Shown: positions 41,601-51,774 of the stretch, one piece after another
Numbering within the stretch: the stretch's first letter is position 1
Layout of the letters: each line of letters opens with the position of its first letter
IMG/VR virus record: IMGVR_UViG_2778261164_000001
Span: 20,803-84,802 of that record
Length of the DNA stretch: 64,000 bases
Strand: one strand, 5' to 3'
Source of the DNA: a virus
Taxonomy: Duplodnaviria; Heunggongvirae; Uroviricota; Caudoviricetes
Notes under the pieces: model-generated
Database searches by the model: none
What the model saw: only the letters and a program-made list of their open reading frames with translations
Told to the model about the DNA's origin: nothing
Program-made: the position numbers and the translations under genes

Positions 41601-44600
41601 AGCTGCTGCACCGCATCGGCGTACTCCGGCAGGAAACGATAGGTGATCCGGCGATAGTACAGGTCCATGTCAGTACATACGCGGTCCATATCCCTGATTA
41701 TTGAGAAGATCGGACGGGCTTTCTCGTGCTCAATCACGCCGTCTTCATTGACCGAGGACGTTACGCCATTGTTGGCTTTGGCTGCCGCTTCCGCCTGCTG
41801 ACGCAATTCTTCATACGCCGCCAGTTGTTCTTCAGTAAGTGGTGCATCCTGCTGGTGTTCGTCCAGCTCCGGGATCTCCACGGTATCCTTAACGTCTTCC
41901 GCCGTTTTAAGCGTTACCCAGCGATGGAATATACCGCGCAGCGCATCAAGGTTTTCAAAGCCCACCAGCGCCATTTTTTCTTCAACTTCACCGCTGATTT
42001 TCTGTACCGTTTCCAGCCTGGTCTTGCCGAAGAATTTAACGAAGTCATCAGGACTGTAGATCCCCATCTTCTGCCAGTATTCCTTCGGCAGAACATGAGA
42101 AAGCATGTTGTATGCATCGATCGGGGTGTTAACGACTGGCGTTGCAGTCAGGAGAACCGGTCCGCGCCCGCCATTCTTTTTCATCAGGTACGCGTTTTTG
42201 ATTGCCATATCTCGCGCCGATTGCGCCACCGCGCTGGTGGGCAGATAGGCCAACTGTGACGCTTCGCGACCATTTTTATAGCTATTGCGGTAGTTGTGGC
42301 CTTCGTCAACGATCACGCTATCGAAGCCCATATCCTCAAAGTACGGATACTTATCTGATTTTTCGGTGCCGGTATCTGAATACTCCGACAATATACGGCG
42401 ACGCGCGGCCTCTTTGCGGTGGGAGTCGGAGTCCATTGCGCTGGCTACACGCCCGGCGGCAACAAAGTCCAAAAGCATATCTTGAGCATGCTCATCTACG
42501 GTTTCATCGCGTAGAGGAAGGCGGAAGTATTGTTCTTTGGTGAGCACTACAGCACGGTAATTTGAGTGCGGGATAGCGTTTATCCGCGCCGTGATAGTGG
42601 CTTCATCAGCCAGCTTAAGGGCATCGCGCATAACGGGAGTGCCATCTGCACCAACGACAGGTTTACCGTTCTCATCGAGTACCGGCACCTGGCGAATCTG
42701 ATCGCCATCCATCAGCACATCAAGACCGACAAACAGGTAGTTACTGAATGCCTCTTCACTCAGGAACTCTTTTGCCTCGTAATACCAGTTTTCCAGCACT
42801 GATTTAGGTACTACATACAAAGTTCTGGTTGATCGGCCATTCTCATAGTTGAACGCCTCAAGCGCCAGCGCGGTCGTCGTTTTACCCAGCCCGGTGCCGA
42901 AGCCCAGGATGCCGCGCCCATCTTCGGACAGTCGGCGTACCTCGCTATTCTGGTAATCAAATGGCTGGCGCTTACCGCTTAATCCCTTCAACCCAAGCGG
43001 ATCGCCAGAGTGTTCATACGGGATATTGCTATTGAACACATCGTTGTATTTGGCAACCAGTTCATCGTAGCGATCGTGCGTCTTGATCCACTTATTGAAC
43101 TGGTCCTCAAGCAGTGCCATCTGCTCGCGGTAGCCGTTCGCCGTCGCGCTATCTTTGCCACCGATACGCGCACCATTGAGATACTTTTCCAGCTGTGCCG
43201 GGAACCCGGTCGCGTTTTCTCCTGATTTACGGTCCCACTCGTAGCGGATCTCGCCTGTTTCTTTATCCTTGCGCTGGACGACACCGTATCGGTGCCCGAC
43301 GAACAGGCCATCACCACCGTGATAGGTGTCAGAAACCATTTCGTCGCCTTCCAACTGCACTGACTGCACATAGCGCAGATCCGGATAGCCGTTTTCCTGC
43401 AAAAACTCCAGAATGACGGAACGGTCGAACCAACGGCTATTGAGCTTAAACCGGATATTCTCTGCTGGCGTCTTGATGCGCTTCTCTTCGATCGCTGCCA
43501 GCTGATTAAGGACGTTGTTCTTTACTGGACCGTCGGGGAGCGTGGCGAGGAATTCCTGTTTTGGAGCCACTATCTCGTTAATGTCGCCGCTGGTGGCGCG
43601 GGCGAACGGAACAATCCCGCCATACGGTGAAACCGCAATGCCAGGGGTGCTGGCCAATAAATTAAGCAACTCGTCATCACTGGCTGGCAGTTCGCCGGTA
43701 AACGCAAGGCGGAAATCATCGAGCTGGATTGGATCGCGAGTGAGATCACTGTAGAGATAACGCAGGGTGTCCTGATAGCTGGTGGAGTCATAACTGGCGC
43801 TGGAATCATGCGTAACCAGTTTTCCTGTCAGCTCGTCAGAAATAGTGCCATCCAGCTTAATTGCACCACGGAAAGCAAACCAGGCGCGCGCACCGCTCCC
43901 CGATAATTTCGCTATCGGACCGCGACCGGGGTTACCAAAACGGTCAATCTCTGCCTGCAAACGGGATACCAGAGAAAGGCGCTGCTGTTCGATTTGTTCA
44001 GCACTATGCCCGGCGGCCTTCATGTCCTGATATTCAATTAACATCCGGCCAATCATCGCCCCGCGATACAAGCGTTCACGGTATTTTTCAGGCTGGCTGT
44101 TAATCCAGTCCACCAGCTGCACCATATCGTCGCTGATTGATGTGGTGTACTTATCGCGGACATTTGCCATCTGGGTAAATGTCATACCGAGACGGCCTTC
44201 TGTTGTAGTCAGGTTACGCTGAAGAGCCTCCCAGCTGTCCGCGCCATAACTGGCAACATCAATCTTCAGCTCCTTCCCGGCATCAGATTCAATCCAGCGA
44301 CCACCAGCATATTTTTGCCATACGCCATTAATCAGGCGCATTTCCCCCTCATCAACAACGTCTGCGGTCGGTGACGGTTCAGCCATATCGAGCAAAGACC
44401 AGTCGATACGACTTTCGAAACGATGAATCAGCTTCGCTTTAAGAGCCTGGTTATCAATCTGCCCGTCGGCACGAACCTCAATACGCCCCTGGAAGCCCTT
44501 TTCCTGGGTACCATGAACAAACCGGCGGCCGTCCTTTTCAAACCACTTGCCAGAAATAAACGTTGGACAAATCACATTTGCCGATTCAAGAGTGCTTTCA

Positions 44601-45460
44601 TCCACCAGGGGGATTTTCTCAGCCATCTCTGCCGGATGCTTGCGCATCAGCACCACATCAACGACCGTACTGGTCCCGTTTGCGTCAAAAGTACCGGTAG
44701 GCAAGCGGTGGGCACCAAGAAATTCAGCTTTACGGGATAGGCGCAGGCGCAACCGCTTCATGTTTGAACCTGAAACAATGGACGGCGGCACAATCACACA
44801 CATGAATCCGCCTGGCTTTATCTTGTCCAGCATGCGGAGCATGAAGTAAGACCCCATATCCGTTTCTTCTGCGTAAGGCTTATCGATGTTGCGTGTGTTA
44901 TCACGACCGCCGAACGGAACGTTACCCACAACATGGTCGAATGAATCGTTAGGTGTGCTTATAGCCAGCTGTTCGAACGGGGAAATCTGTACGCTGTCTT
45001 CCGGATGTAACAGCTGGTTTATACGACCGGAAACACTGCTGATCTCAGTCGCGGTCATCACCGTACCAACCGGTTTTGTCTCATTAAAAACGCCGGTGCC
45101 CGCCGATGGTTCCAGAGTGTTACCTACGTCCGCGCCATAGAGCTTCATGATCTCCCAGACGCCTTCAGCGATAGGCTTTGGTGTGTAATATTCGGAGACG
45201 GACCCGCCAATGCCGCCTTCACCGGTGTACCCAGCCAGGATCTGGCGCTGTTCATCTGTCAGTGTCGCGCCGTCCACCAGTGAATTAAGCAAATCTATCG
45301 CCTTCTGATTCGCCTCCCGGCGCAGTCGGTCATAGCTTTTGCCTTCCACCTTTTCCACGCCGTATCTAATCGGCGCTCGGTGAGATGTTATTGCCCTAAT
45401 GTATTTCAATATTTCGCTGACACTTGAACAGCGAAACACCCCCATAGATAGCTTGTTCAT
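38693..45460 (-). CDS. darB: DarB antirestriction protein: N6-adenine methyltransferase fused to an SF2 helicase
   Basis: 2255 aa; SAM-MTase region with motif IV variant GNVPFG; helicase motifs ILGFGTGLGKTTTA (Walker A) and DEGHNYRN (DExH). Confidence 0.9.
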   Translation of the reverse strand: MNKLSMGVFRCSSVSEILKYIRAITSHRAPIRYGVEKVEGKSYDRLRREANQKAIDLLNSLVDGATLTDEQRQILAGYTGEGGIGGSVSEYYTPKPIAEGVWEIMKLYGADVGNTLEPSAGTGVFNETKPVGTVMTATEISSVSGRINQLLHPEDSVQISPFEQLAISTPNDSFDHVVGNVPFGGRDNTRNIDKPYAEETDMGSYFMLRMLDKIKPGGFMCVIVPPSIVSGSNMKRLRLRLSRKAEFLGAHRLPTGTFDANGTSTVVDVVLMRKHPAEMAEKIPLVDESTLESANVICPTFISGKWFEKDGRRFVHGTQEKGFQGRIEVRADGQIDNQALKAKLIHRFESRIDWSLLDMAEPSPTADVVDEGEMRLINGVWQKYAGGRWIESDAGKELKIDVASYGADSWEALQRNLTTTEGRLGMTFTQMANVRDKYTTSISDDMVQLVDWINSQPEKYRERLYRGAMIGRMLIEYQDMKAAGHSAEQIEQQRLSLVSRLQAEIDRFGNPGRGPIAKLSGSGARAWFAFRGAIKLDGTISDELTGKLVTHDSSASYDSTSYQDTLRYLYSDLTRDPIQLDDFRLAFTGELPASDDELLNLLASTPGIAVSPYGGIVPFARATSGDINEIVAPKQEFLATLPDGPVKNNVLNQLAAIEEKRIKTPAENIRFKLNSRWFDRSVILEFLQENGYPDLRYVQSVQLEGDEMVSDTYHGGDGLFVGHRYGVVQRKDKETGEIRYEWDRKSGENATGFPAQLEKYLNGARIGGKDSATANGYREQMALLEDQFNKWIKTHDRYDELVAKYNDVFNSNIPYEHSGDPLGLKGLSGKRQPFDYQNSEVRRLSEDGRGILGFGTGLGKTTTALALEAFNYENGRSTRTLYVVPKSVLENWYYEAKEFLSEEAFSNYLFVGLDVLMDGDQIRQVPVLDENGKPVVGADGTPVMRDALKLADEATITARINAIPHSNYRAVVLTKEQYFRLPLRDETVDEHAQDMLLDFVAAGRVASAMDSDSHRKEAARRRILSEYSDTGTEKSDKYPYFEDMGFDSVIVDEGHNYRNSYKNGREASQLAYLPTSAVAQSARDMAIKNAYLMKKNGGRGPVLLTATPVVNTPIDAYNMLSHVLPKEYWQKMGIYSPDDFVKFFGKTRLETVQKISGEVEEKMALVGFENLDALRGIFHRWVTLKTAEDVKDTVEIPELDEHQQDAPLTEEQLAAYEELRQQAEAAAKANNGVTSSVNEDGVIEHEKARPIFSIIRDMDRVCTDMDLYYRRITYRFLPEYADAVQQLADSLPKQATSEDDDSDDSITQQSQYSLIDKGEFIQLQVPEAFEQEVNKRLANFGIDEQTVTHPVTPKYAKLIATLKEFFPEGKQIIFTDEKTQHQKLKRIICNALNLEPSKVGILNAQTVAEAGKTGKKLKAVKPPKELPDEPTDAQIAKYNEQMALYDAYIAQQNEMSLGGLEKIAADFQEGRTPIIICNKKAEVGINLHRGTTDIHHLTLPWTPASIAQRNGRGARVGSNRASVRVHYYCGKGSFDEYRLKTLKRKAGWISDILRSDKSEMENADANDMIEMQMYTAKDDGERLAMMQVQMDKAKAAQRARQKEQATIDLQNYIKAQHAAGEDVEVLTAELERSKAELEKTTAEVAKFKQAVKAKAADNADWKARWGSVHHTDRTLLAQYRASLKSAIQRKANISQAISRYEKLLNRTQKAATDIKRLRPLVEDAINKGILDVDPDLVNHASEFLVIGDRSWRVGQYYDCAGDIVRIKSLDFDSQRADVEIIFTFKGTKSGNWDVKTLDKQVDVTPDEDAVMQKISGGVSIAGINDIISCDDFYRFQQRGMIKITDSYGVQTTESGYSIDFVGTYTDPLKHAVYPDRRDGALKSSIAKWVLSMMSEGNNRQIRSAETFLVELFGSNYGDVIASYGDTLSPEAIQEKIADAIARMPEKTSQGATRNGDSELEVTNAIFGTNEFRASDYEITTAQFGTIGIYSNKDEIKQAMDAASARIAAERKANLNHAVAVLTQSWVTAIREAATTGKITPAIADVVNDGSKFMDAYKMDAVQLPSAYGQLSYRMTYNLVSMFTDLAILGLVDLNEVTPELLSMRKNHVEILHRINTVLSGRTDEEKQADADRINLALGNISEEEIAARNEKQEELSSIQGDATSIAQSLGLNYRVSTADLKMMYAPKFAAGEVFGLQEASGMKGILFRAKDAIKAKFGARWLPAKAKNSDFPGNWWIIETKHNVADVLAVIQQYA

Positions 45461-45526
45461 TGGTAATCCTTAACAAGTGACTAGTGTTAAATTCCGTTCA
45501 AACACGATGCGAATTATTCTAATTAA

Positions 45527-48257
<2,731 letters not shown>

Positions 48258-48266
48258 CCACCAAAA

Positions 48267-48290
48267 ATAACCCCGGCGGCTGCCGGGGTT
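48267..48290. terminator. bidirectional hairpin terminator
   Basis: TAACCCCGGC-GGCT-GCCGGGGTTA between convergent pro and lysis genes. Confidence 0.5.
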
Positions 48291-48301
48291 ATCGTTAACT
48301 A

Positions 48302-48562
48302 TTATCGCCTTCGTCTGCGTGCCATATATTTGCGCACCGCGCGACGTGGGCAATCTGAAGCGGTTTCTTTCTGCTGCATCAATCTTGCAGCCATGCTCAA
48401 AAATGTCAGGCACAGCCGAAGCCCGGCATATAATAGCGGTTCCAGTGGCCACGTCTCATTGAGCACATATACCGCCATGAAAATCGAGTCAAAAACTATC
48501 GCCGCCAGCGATAACTTCATTGTCGAAAGTCGGCGGAGCTGCCGGAGTTTATTCATTGACAA
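48302..48562 (-). CDS. putative lysis accessory membrane protein (spanin/LydD-like)
   Basis: 86-aa ORF overlapping the lyz stop; TM segment LSLAAIVFDSIFMAVYVL; Arg-rich C-terminus. Confidence 0.4.
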   Translation of the reverse strand: MSMNKLRQLRRLSTMKLSLAAIVFDSIFMAVYVLNETWPLEPLLYAGLRLCLTFLSMAARLMQQKETASDCPRRAVRKYMARRRRR

Positions 48563-49106
48563 GCCCCGTCAGGCAAAGCTGGCGTTCTTCTTCACGGCGA
48601 ATCTTTAACCCGGGCAGGGGGACGCCGTTACTGTTCACAAAATCAGGGAGATGGTTACACATATTCACCCATTCCCCTTTCTGCGCCCACTTGTGGATGG
48701 ACGTTTCGACTCGCATGCCTCGCGCTTTGCTGTAGTAGGTCCGTAAACTATTGCATCCCATATTGAATGCCGCGCTTGTCATTGCGCTGAAGGCATTATC
48801 GGGCATGTCTTTGCCCCGGAAGTGCTGGTTAATACAGCGTTCAGCGATCAGGATATTCTTTTCCCAATCAGCGGCGATTTGCTGGTCGGTTTTTCGCGCG
48901 CCTGGCGTTACCCCGTGTGTATTACCAATCCCGTCAGTCCATACACCCGCCGGGCACTTGTATGGATCACGTCGGCAACCTTCAGCGTTTCCGATAAGCT
49001 CAAGCCCCGCCTGGTTGGTTCGCACATTGCCATTACCCATCACGATGGTAATCATCATCGCGATAGCGCAAATTGCACCGCCTCCTGCGGCTGTTTTTCC
49101 CTTCAT
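48549..49106 (-). CDS. lyz: SAR endolysin (T4-lysozyme-like muramidase)
   Basis: 185 aa from the internal ATG: MKGKTAAGGGAICAIAMMITIVMGNGNV... (signal-arrest-release segment) then catalytic region with ...GIGNTHG... Confidence 0.9.
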   Translation of the reverse strand: MKGKTAAGGGAICAIAMMITIVMGNGNVRTNQAGLELIGNAEGCRRDPYKCPAGVWTDGIGNTHGVTPGARKTDQQIAADWEKNILIAERCINQHFRGKDMPDNAFSAMTSAAFNMGCNSLRTYYSKARGMRVETSIHKWAQKGEWVNMCNHLPDFVNSNGVPLPGLKIRREEERQLCLTGLVNE

Positions 49107-49239
49107 AAAGACCTCATAAGCGAATTTTTTACGCTCCAGGACAAACACCCATTCACAGCCAATACCGACTGACTCGATCCCTTTAGAAGGCACAGGATAA
49201 TGCAAATCACTTGTTAGCTACGTTTCAAAGATATACATT

Positions 49240-49256
49240 ATTGCTCTAATTAATTT
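49240..49256. promoter_or_regulatory. C1 operator upstream of ssb
   Basis: ATTGCTCTAATTAATTT. Confidence 0.6.
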
Positions 49257-49275
49257 ATTTTATTAGGTAAGATAA

Positions 49276-49764
49276 GTGGCACAACGCGGTGTAAACAAAG
49301 TCATCCTGATTGGTACCCTGGGGCAAGACCCGGAGATCAGGTATATACCAAATGGCGGAGCGGTCGGAAGACTTAGCATCGCAACGAATGAATCATGGCG
49401 CGACAAGCAAACGGGCCAACAGAAAGAGCAAACAGAATGGCATAAAGTCGTTTTGTTCGGAAAACTTGCTGAAATTGCGAGTGAGTATTTACGAAAAGGT
49501 TCTCAGGTCTACATCGAAGGGAAACTTAAAACCCGTAAGTGGACAGATGACGCCGGTGTAGAACGTTACACGACGGAAATTATCGTCAGCCAGGGCGGCA
49601 CCATGCAAATGATCGGCGCTCGCCGTGACGATTCACAGTCCTCAAATGGCTGGGGGCAATCAAACCAACCTCAAAACCACCAGCAATACAGTGGTGGCGG
49701 TAAACCTCAGAGCAACGCCAATAACGAACCTCCAATGGACTTTGACGACGATATTCCGTTTTGA
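49276..49764 (+). CDS. ssb: single-stranded DNA-binding protein
   Basis: Close to E. coli SSB throughout the OB fold ([17 protein letters not shown]...); Gly/Gln-rich linker; acidic tail DFDDDIPF. Confidence 0.95.
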   Translation: MAQRGVNKVILIGTLGQDPEIRYIPNGGAVGRLSIATNESWRDKQTGQQKEQTEWHKVVLFGKLAEIASEYLRKGSQVYIEGKLKTRKWTDDAGVERYTTEIIVSQGGTMQMIGARRDDSQSSNGWGQSNQPQNHQQYSGGGKPQSNANNEPPMDFDDDIPF

Positions 49765-49961
49765 ATGTGTAAAAAACGACTGAAAGAAAAGCGGTGGTCC
49801 AGACGCCGACAAAAGCACGAACTCGCAAACAAACGCCAAAGTTGGCAATGGCACGCGCTTTTAACGAATAGAACACCCCGAGATATTGCTTTCGCTGGTG
49901 GGAAAACATTCCTGACCCACCTGAAGGCGCAATACATCAGGTTTTAAGCAGAGGAAAGACT

Positions 49962-50639
49962 ATGAATAACATGACAACGAAAGAGCTTTTGACGGTACTT
50001 CCAAAATACAAAAGCCATAAAACAGTTCGTGCCTCAAAAATCAAAGATATCGAAATTATCGCCCTAATGGATGTGGTCCTTTTTTGCAACATCGAAGTCG
50101 TTGAGCCAGAAGGGGTAAAAGTCCATGTTGATAAAATGTTTTTGCAAAAACACCGACCAGAAATTGGCGGATATCTGGTCGCTTATGAGGACGGATCTCT
50201 GTCCTATTCACCAGAAAAAACATTTGAAGAAGGCTTTAGTCGGACTAACGACTTCTTCGAAAATGGGGTATCGCTCAGTATTGAAGGTCACAATGGGGTG
50301 ACATTCATTACAGCCAGGGACGTAACTATTGCTGCCAGTGGCATCATTACCACACAAGAAGAAATCGACCTTGAAGCAGCCGACTTTTCTGACGCGCTGA
50401 TGTGGCTGAAGGATGGCAAGAAAGTTGCTCGACGCGGGTGGAACGGCGAAAACCAATTCTGCTGGCTGGTTCCTGAAGGACAGTACCCGGCACGAATGGA
50501 AGCCATTAAGGGATATTTCCCCGGCGACCTCGTTCCGTATGGTGCTTATTTCGCCTTAAAAAATGCACAAGGTGTAGTTGTTCCGTGGGTTCCTTCTGTA
50601 GGCGACTTACTGGCATGTGACTGGTTTGTAGTGGAGTGA
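49962..50639 (+). CDS. two-domain protein with C-terminal DUF2829 (Tad2-like) domain
   Basis: C-terminal ...FSDALMWLKDGKKVARRGWNGENQFCWL...PWVPSVGDLLACDWFVV fits the DUF2829 pattern (GWNG ... PW.PS..DLLA.DW); N-terminal roughly 135 aa unassigned. Confidence 0.6.
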   Translation: MNNMTTKELLTVLPKYKSHKTVRASKIKDIEIIALMDVVLFCNIEVVEPEGVKVHVDKMFLQKHRPEIGGYLVAYEDGSLSYSPEKTFEEGFSRTNDFFENGVSLSIEGHNGVTFITARDVTIAASGIITTQEEIDLEAADFSDALMWLKDGKKVARRGWNGENQFCWLVPEGQYPARMEAIKGYFPGDLVPYGAYFALKNAQGVVVPWVPSVGDLLACDWFVVE

Positions 50640-50645
50640 TTTAAC

Positions 50646-51434
50646 GTGGAAAATACTAAAGCAATTCAATACCGCCTGCGTAATGGTCAGAGTGTCGAAG
50701 TGACCATCAATAATGATGGTGTGCCTGGCGAAAAGGTTTCGATCTCTGATCTGGCTATCGAAAAAACCATCATGTGCCACCTTGGCTTTACTGAAGAAGT
50801 GAGCAAAAAGCATGGTGTAGCTATCTGGCGCACAATGGATACTGGCATGCGCAGATTCATTACTGCTCGTACCCCTGGTATGACCATGATGGACCTCATG
50901 CAGATTGCGCCGCTGTTTGAGTGTGAACCTTTGGATGTATTCAGCAATCCAGCTATCTGCCAGCAGTTATATGGTGAGATGAAACTCGCGGTTACCCCCA
51001 TTGTGCTGCATGAAGGATCGCTTGCTGGCGTGTGGAAAGTAGAGCGTATTTCAAGTTACATGCCCTTCCATTTCCACGTCAACGGCATAATCACTGGTGA
51101 AAACCAACCTGTTTCCGTTACAAAGTCAGACCTCAAGCGCGCAATTCTTGAAGCAAGTTGTCGAGTTATCGGCCTGGGCAAACAGTCTTATGTTTCCTTC
51201 CCGGCTGGCCCTGAAGGCCCGGCAGAAATTCTGATTATGGATGCCGATCTGCTCTGGCAAATACAGTTTCTGATTGGCAAAAGCATCATCCGCGCTGAAG
51301 AACTCGATCAGTACATTACCTGCACGATGACGGATGAAGTCAAAAGTGTGGCTATAGCCAATGCCCGGAACCTATGTCGTGCTGCATTAACAGAACTGCA
51401 AGAAAACACCACGGAAGAAGTGGAAAGCGATTAA
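50646..51434 (+). CDS. hypothetical protein
   Basis: 262 aa; GTG start 6 nt after the upstream stop. Confidence 0.5.
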   Translation: MENTKAIQYRLRNGQSVEVTINNDGVPGEKVSISDLAIEKTIMCHLGFTEEVSKKHGVAIWRTMDTGMRRFITARTPGMTMMDLMQIAPLFECEPLDVFSNPAICQQLYGEMKLAVTPIVLHEGSLAGVWKVERISSYMPFHFHVNGIITGENQPVSVTKSDLKRAILEASCRVIGLGKQSYVSFPAGPEGPAEILIMDADLLWQIQFLIGKSIIRAEELDQYITCTMTDEVKSVAIANARNLCRAALTELQENTTEEVESD

Positions 51435-51437
51435 AAA

Positions 51438-51463
51438 AATCCCGCCAATCGGCGGGATTTCTT
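51438..51463. terminator. bidirectional hairpin terminator
   Basis: AAATCCCGCC-AAT-CGGCGGGATTT between convergent genes. Confidence 0.5.
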
Positions 51464-51774
51464 CAATATACGATCTGGTCTACATGATCACCAAAATCAT
51501 CGTCGTCGTCGTCCTCATCGCCACCATCTACTGCTGGCCAATCAACAAACCAGCCAGCGTAAAGATGCAGCGTTCGGAGAACATCACTTGCGGGAGCATC
51601 AAGGGTGTTAACGAATCCCATATAGCTATTGGGATTTGCCCCAGCTATGGCTTCAGCGATCATGTCCTCGGTAATGTCACCGGAGATAATGCTTAAACGC
51701 CCGGAAACTTCTTCATTATCATCAAATTCGATAATGGCATCTCCGCCTAATGGCGCTGCGATTTTAATCTGCAT
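51463..51774 (-). CDS. hypothetical acidic protein (last gene of the dar operon)
   Basis: 103 aa; poly-Asp tract DGGDEDDDDDDFGDH; overlaps the ddrB stop. Confidence 0.45.
   Translation of the reverse strand: MQIKIAAPLGGDAIIEFDDNEEVSGRLSIISGDITEDMIAEAIAGANPNSYMGFVNTLDAPASDVLRTLHLYAGWFVDWPAVDGGDEDDDDDDFGDHVDQIVY

Noticed and set aside
38824-45140. Numerous plus- and minus-strand ORFs of 60-180 aa inside the darB interval (for example 41318-41704, 41726-42259)
   Set aside because: Shadow frames of the uninterrupted 2255-aa minus-strand gene, which has coherent methyltransferase and helicase motifs.
49765-51462. Expected IS1 insertion (as in reference P1 between the genes following ssb)
   Set aside because: No transposase ORFs or terminal inverted repeats were seen; the two ORFs after ssb are contiguous.
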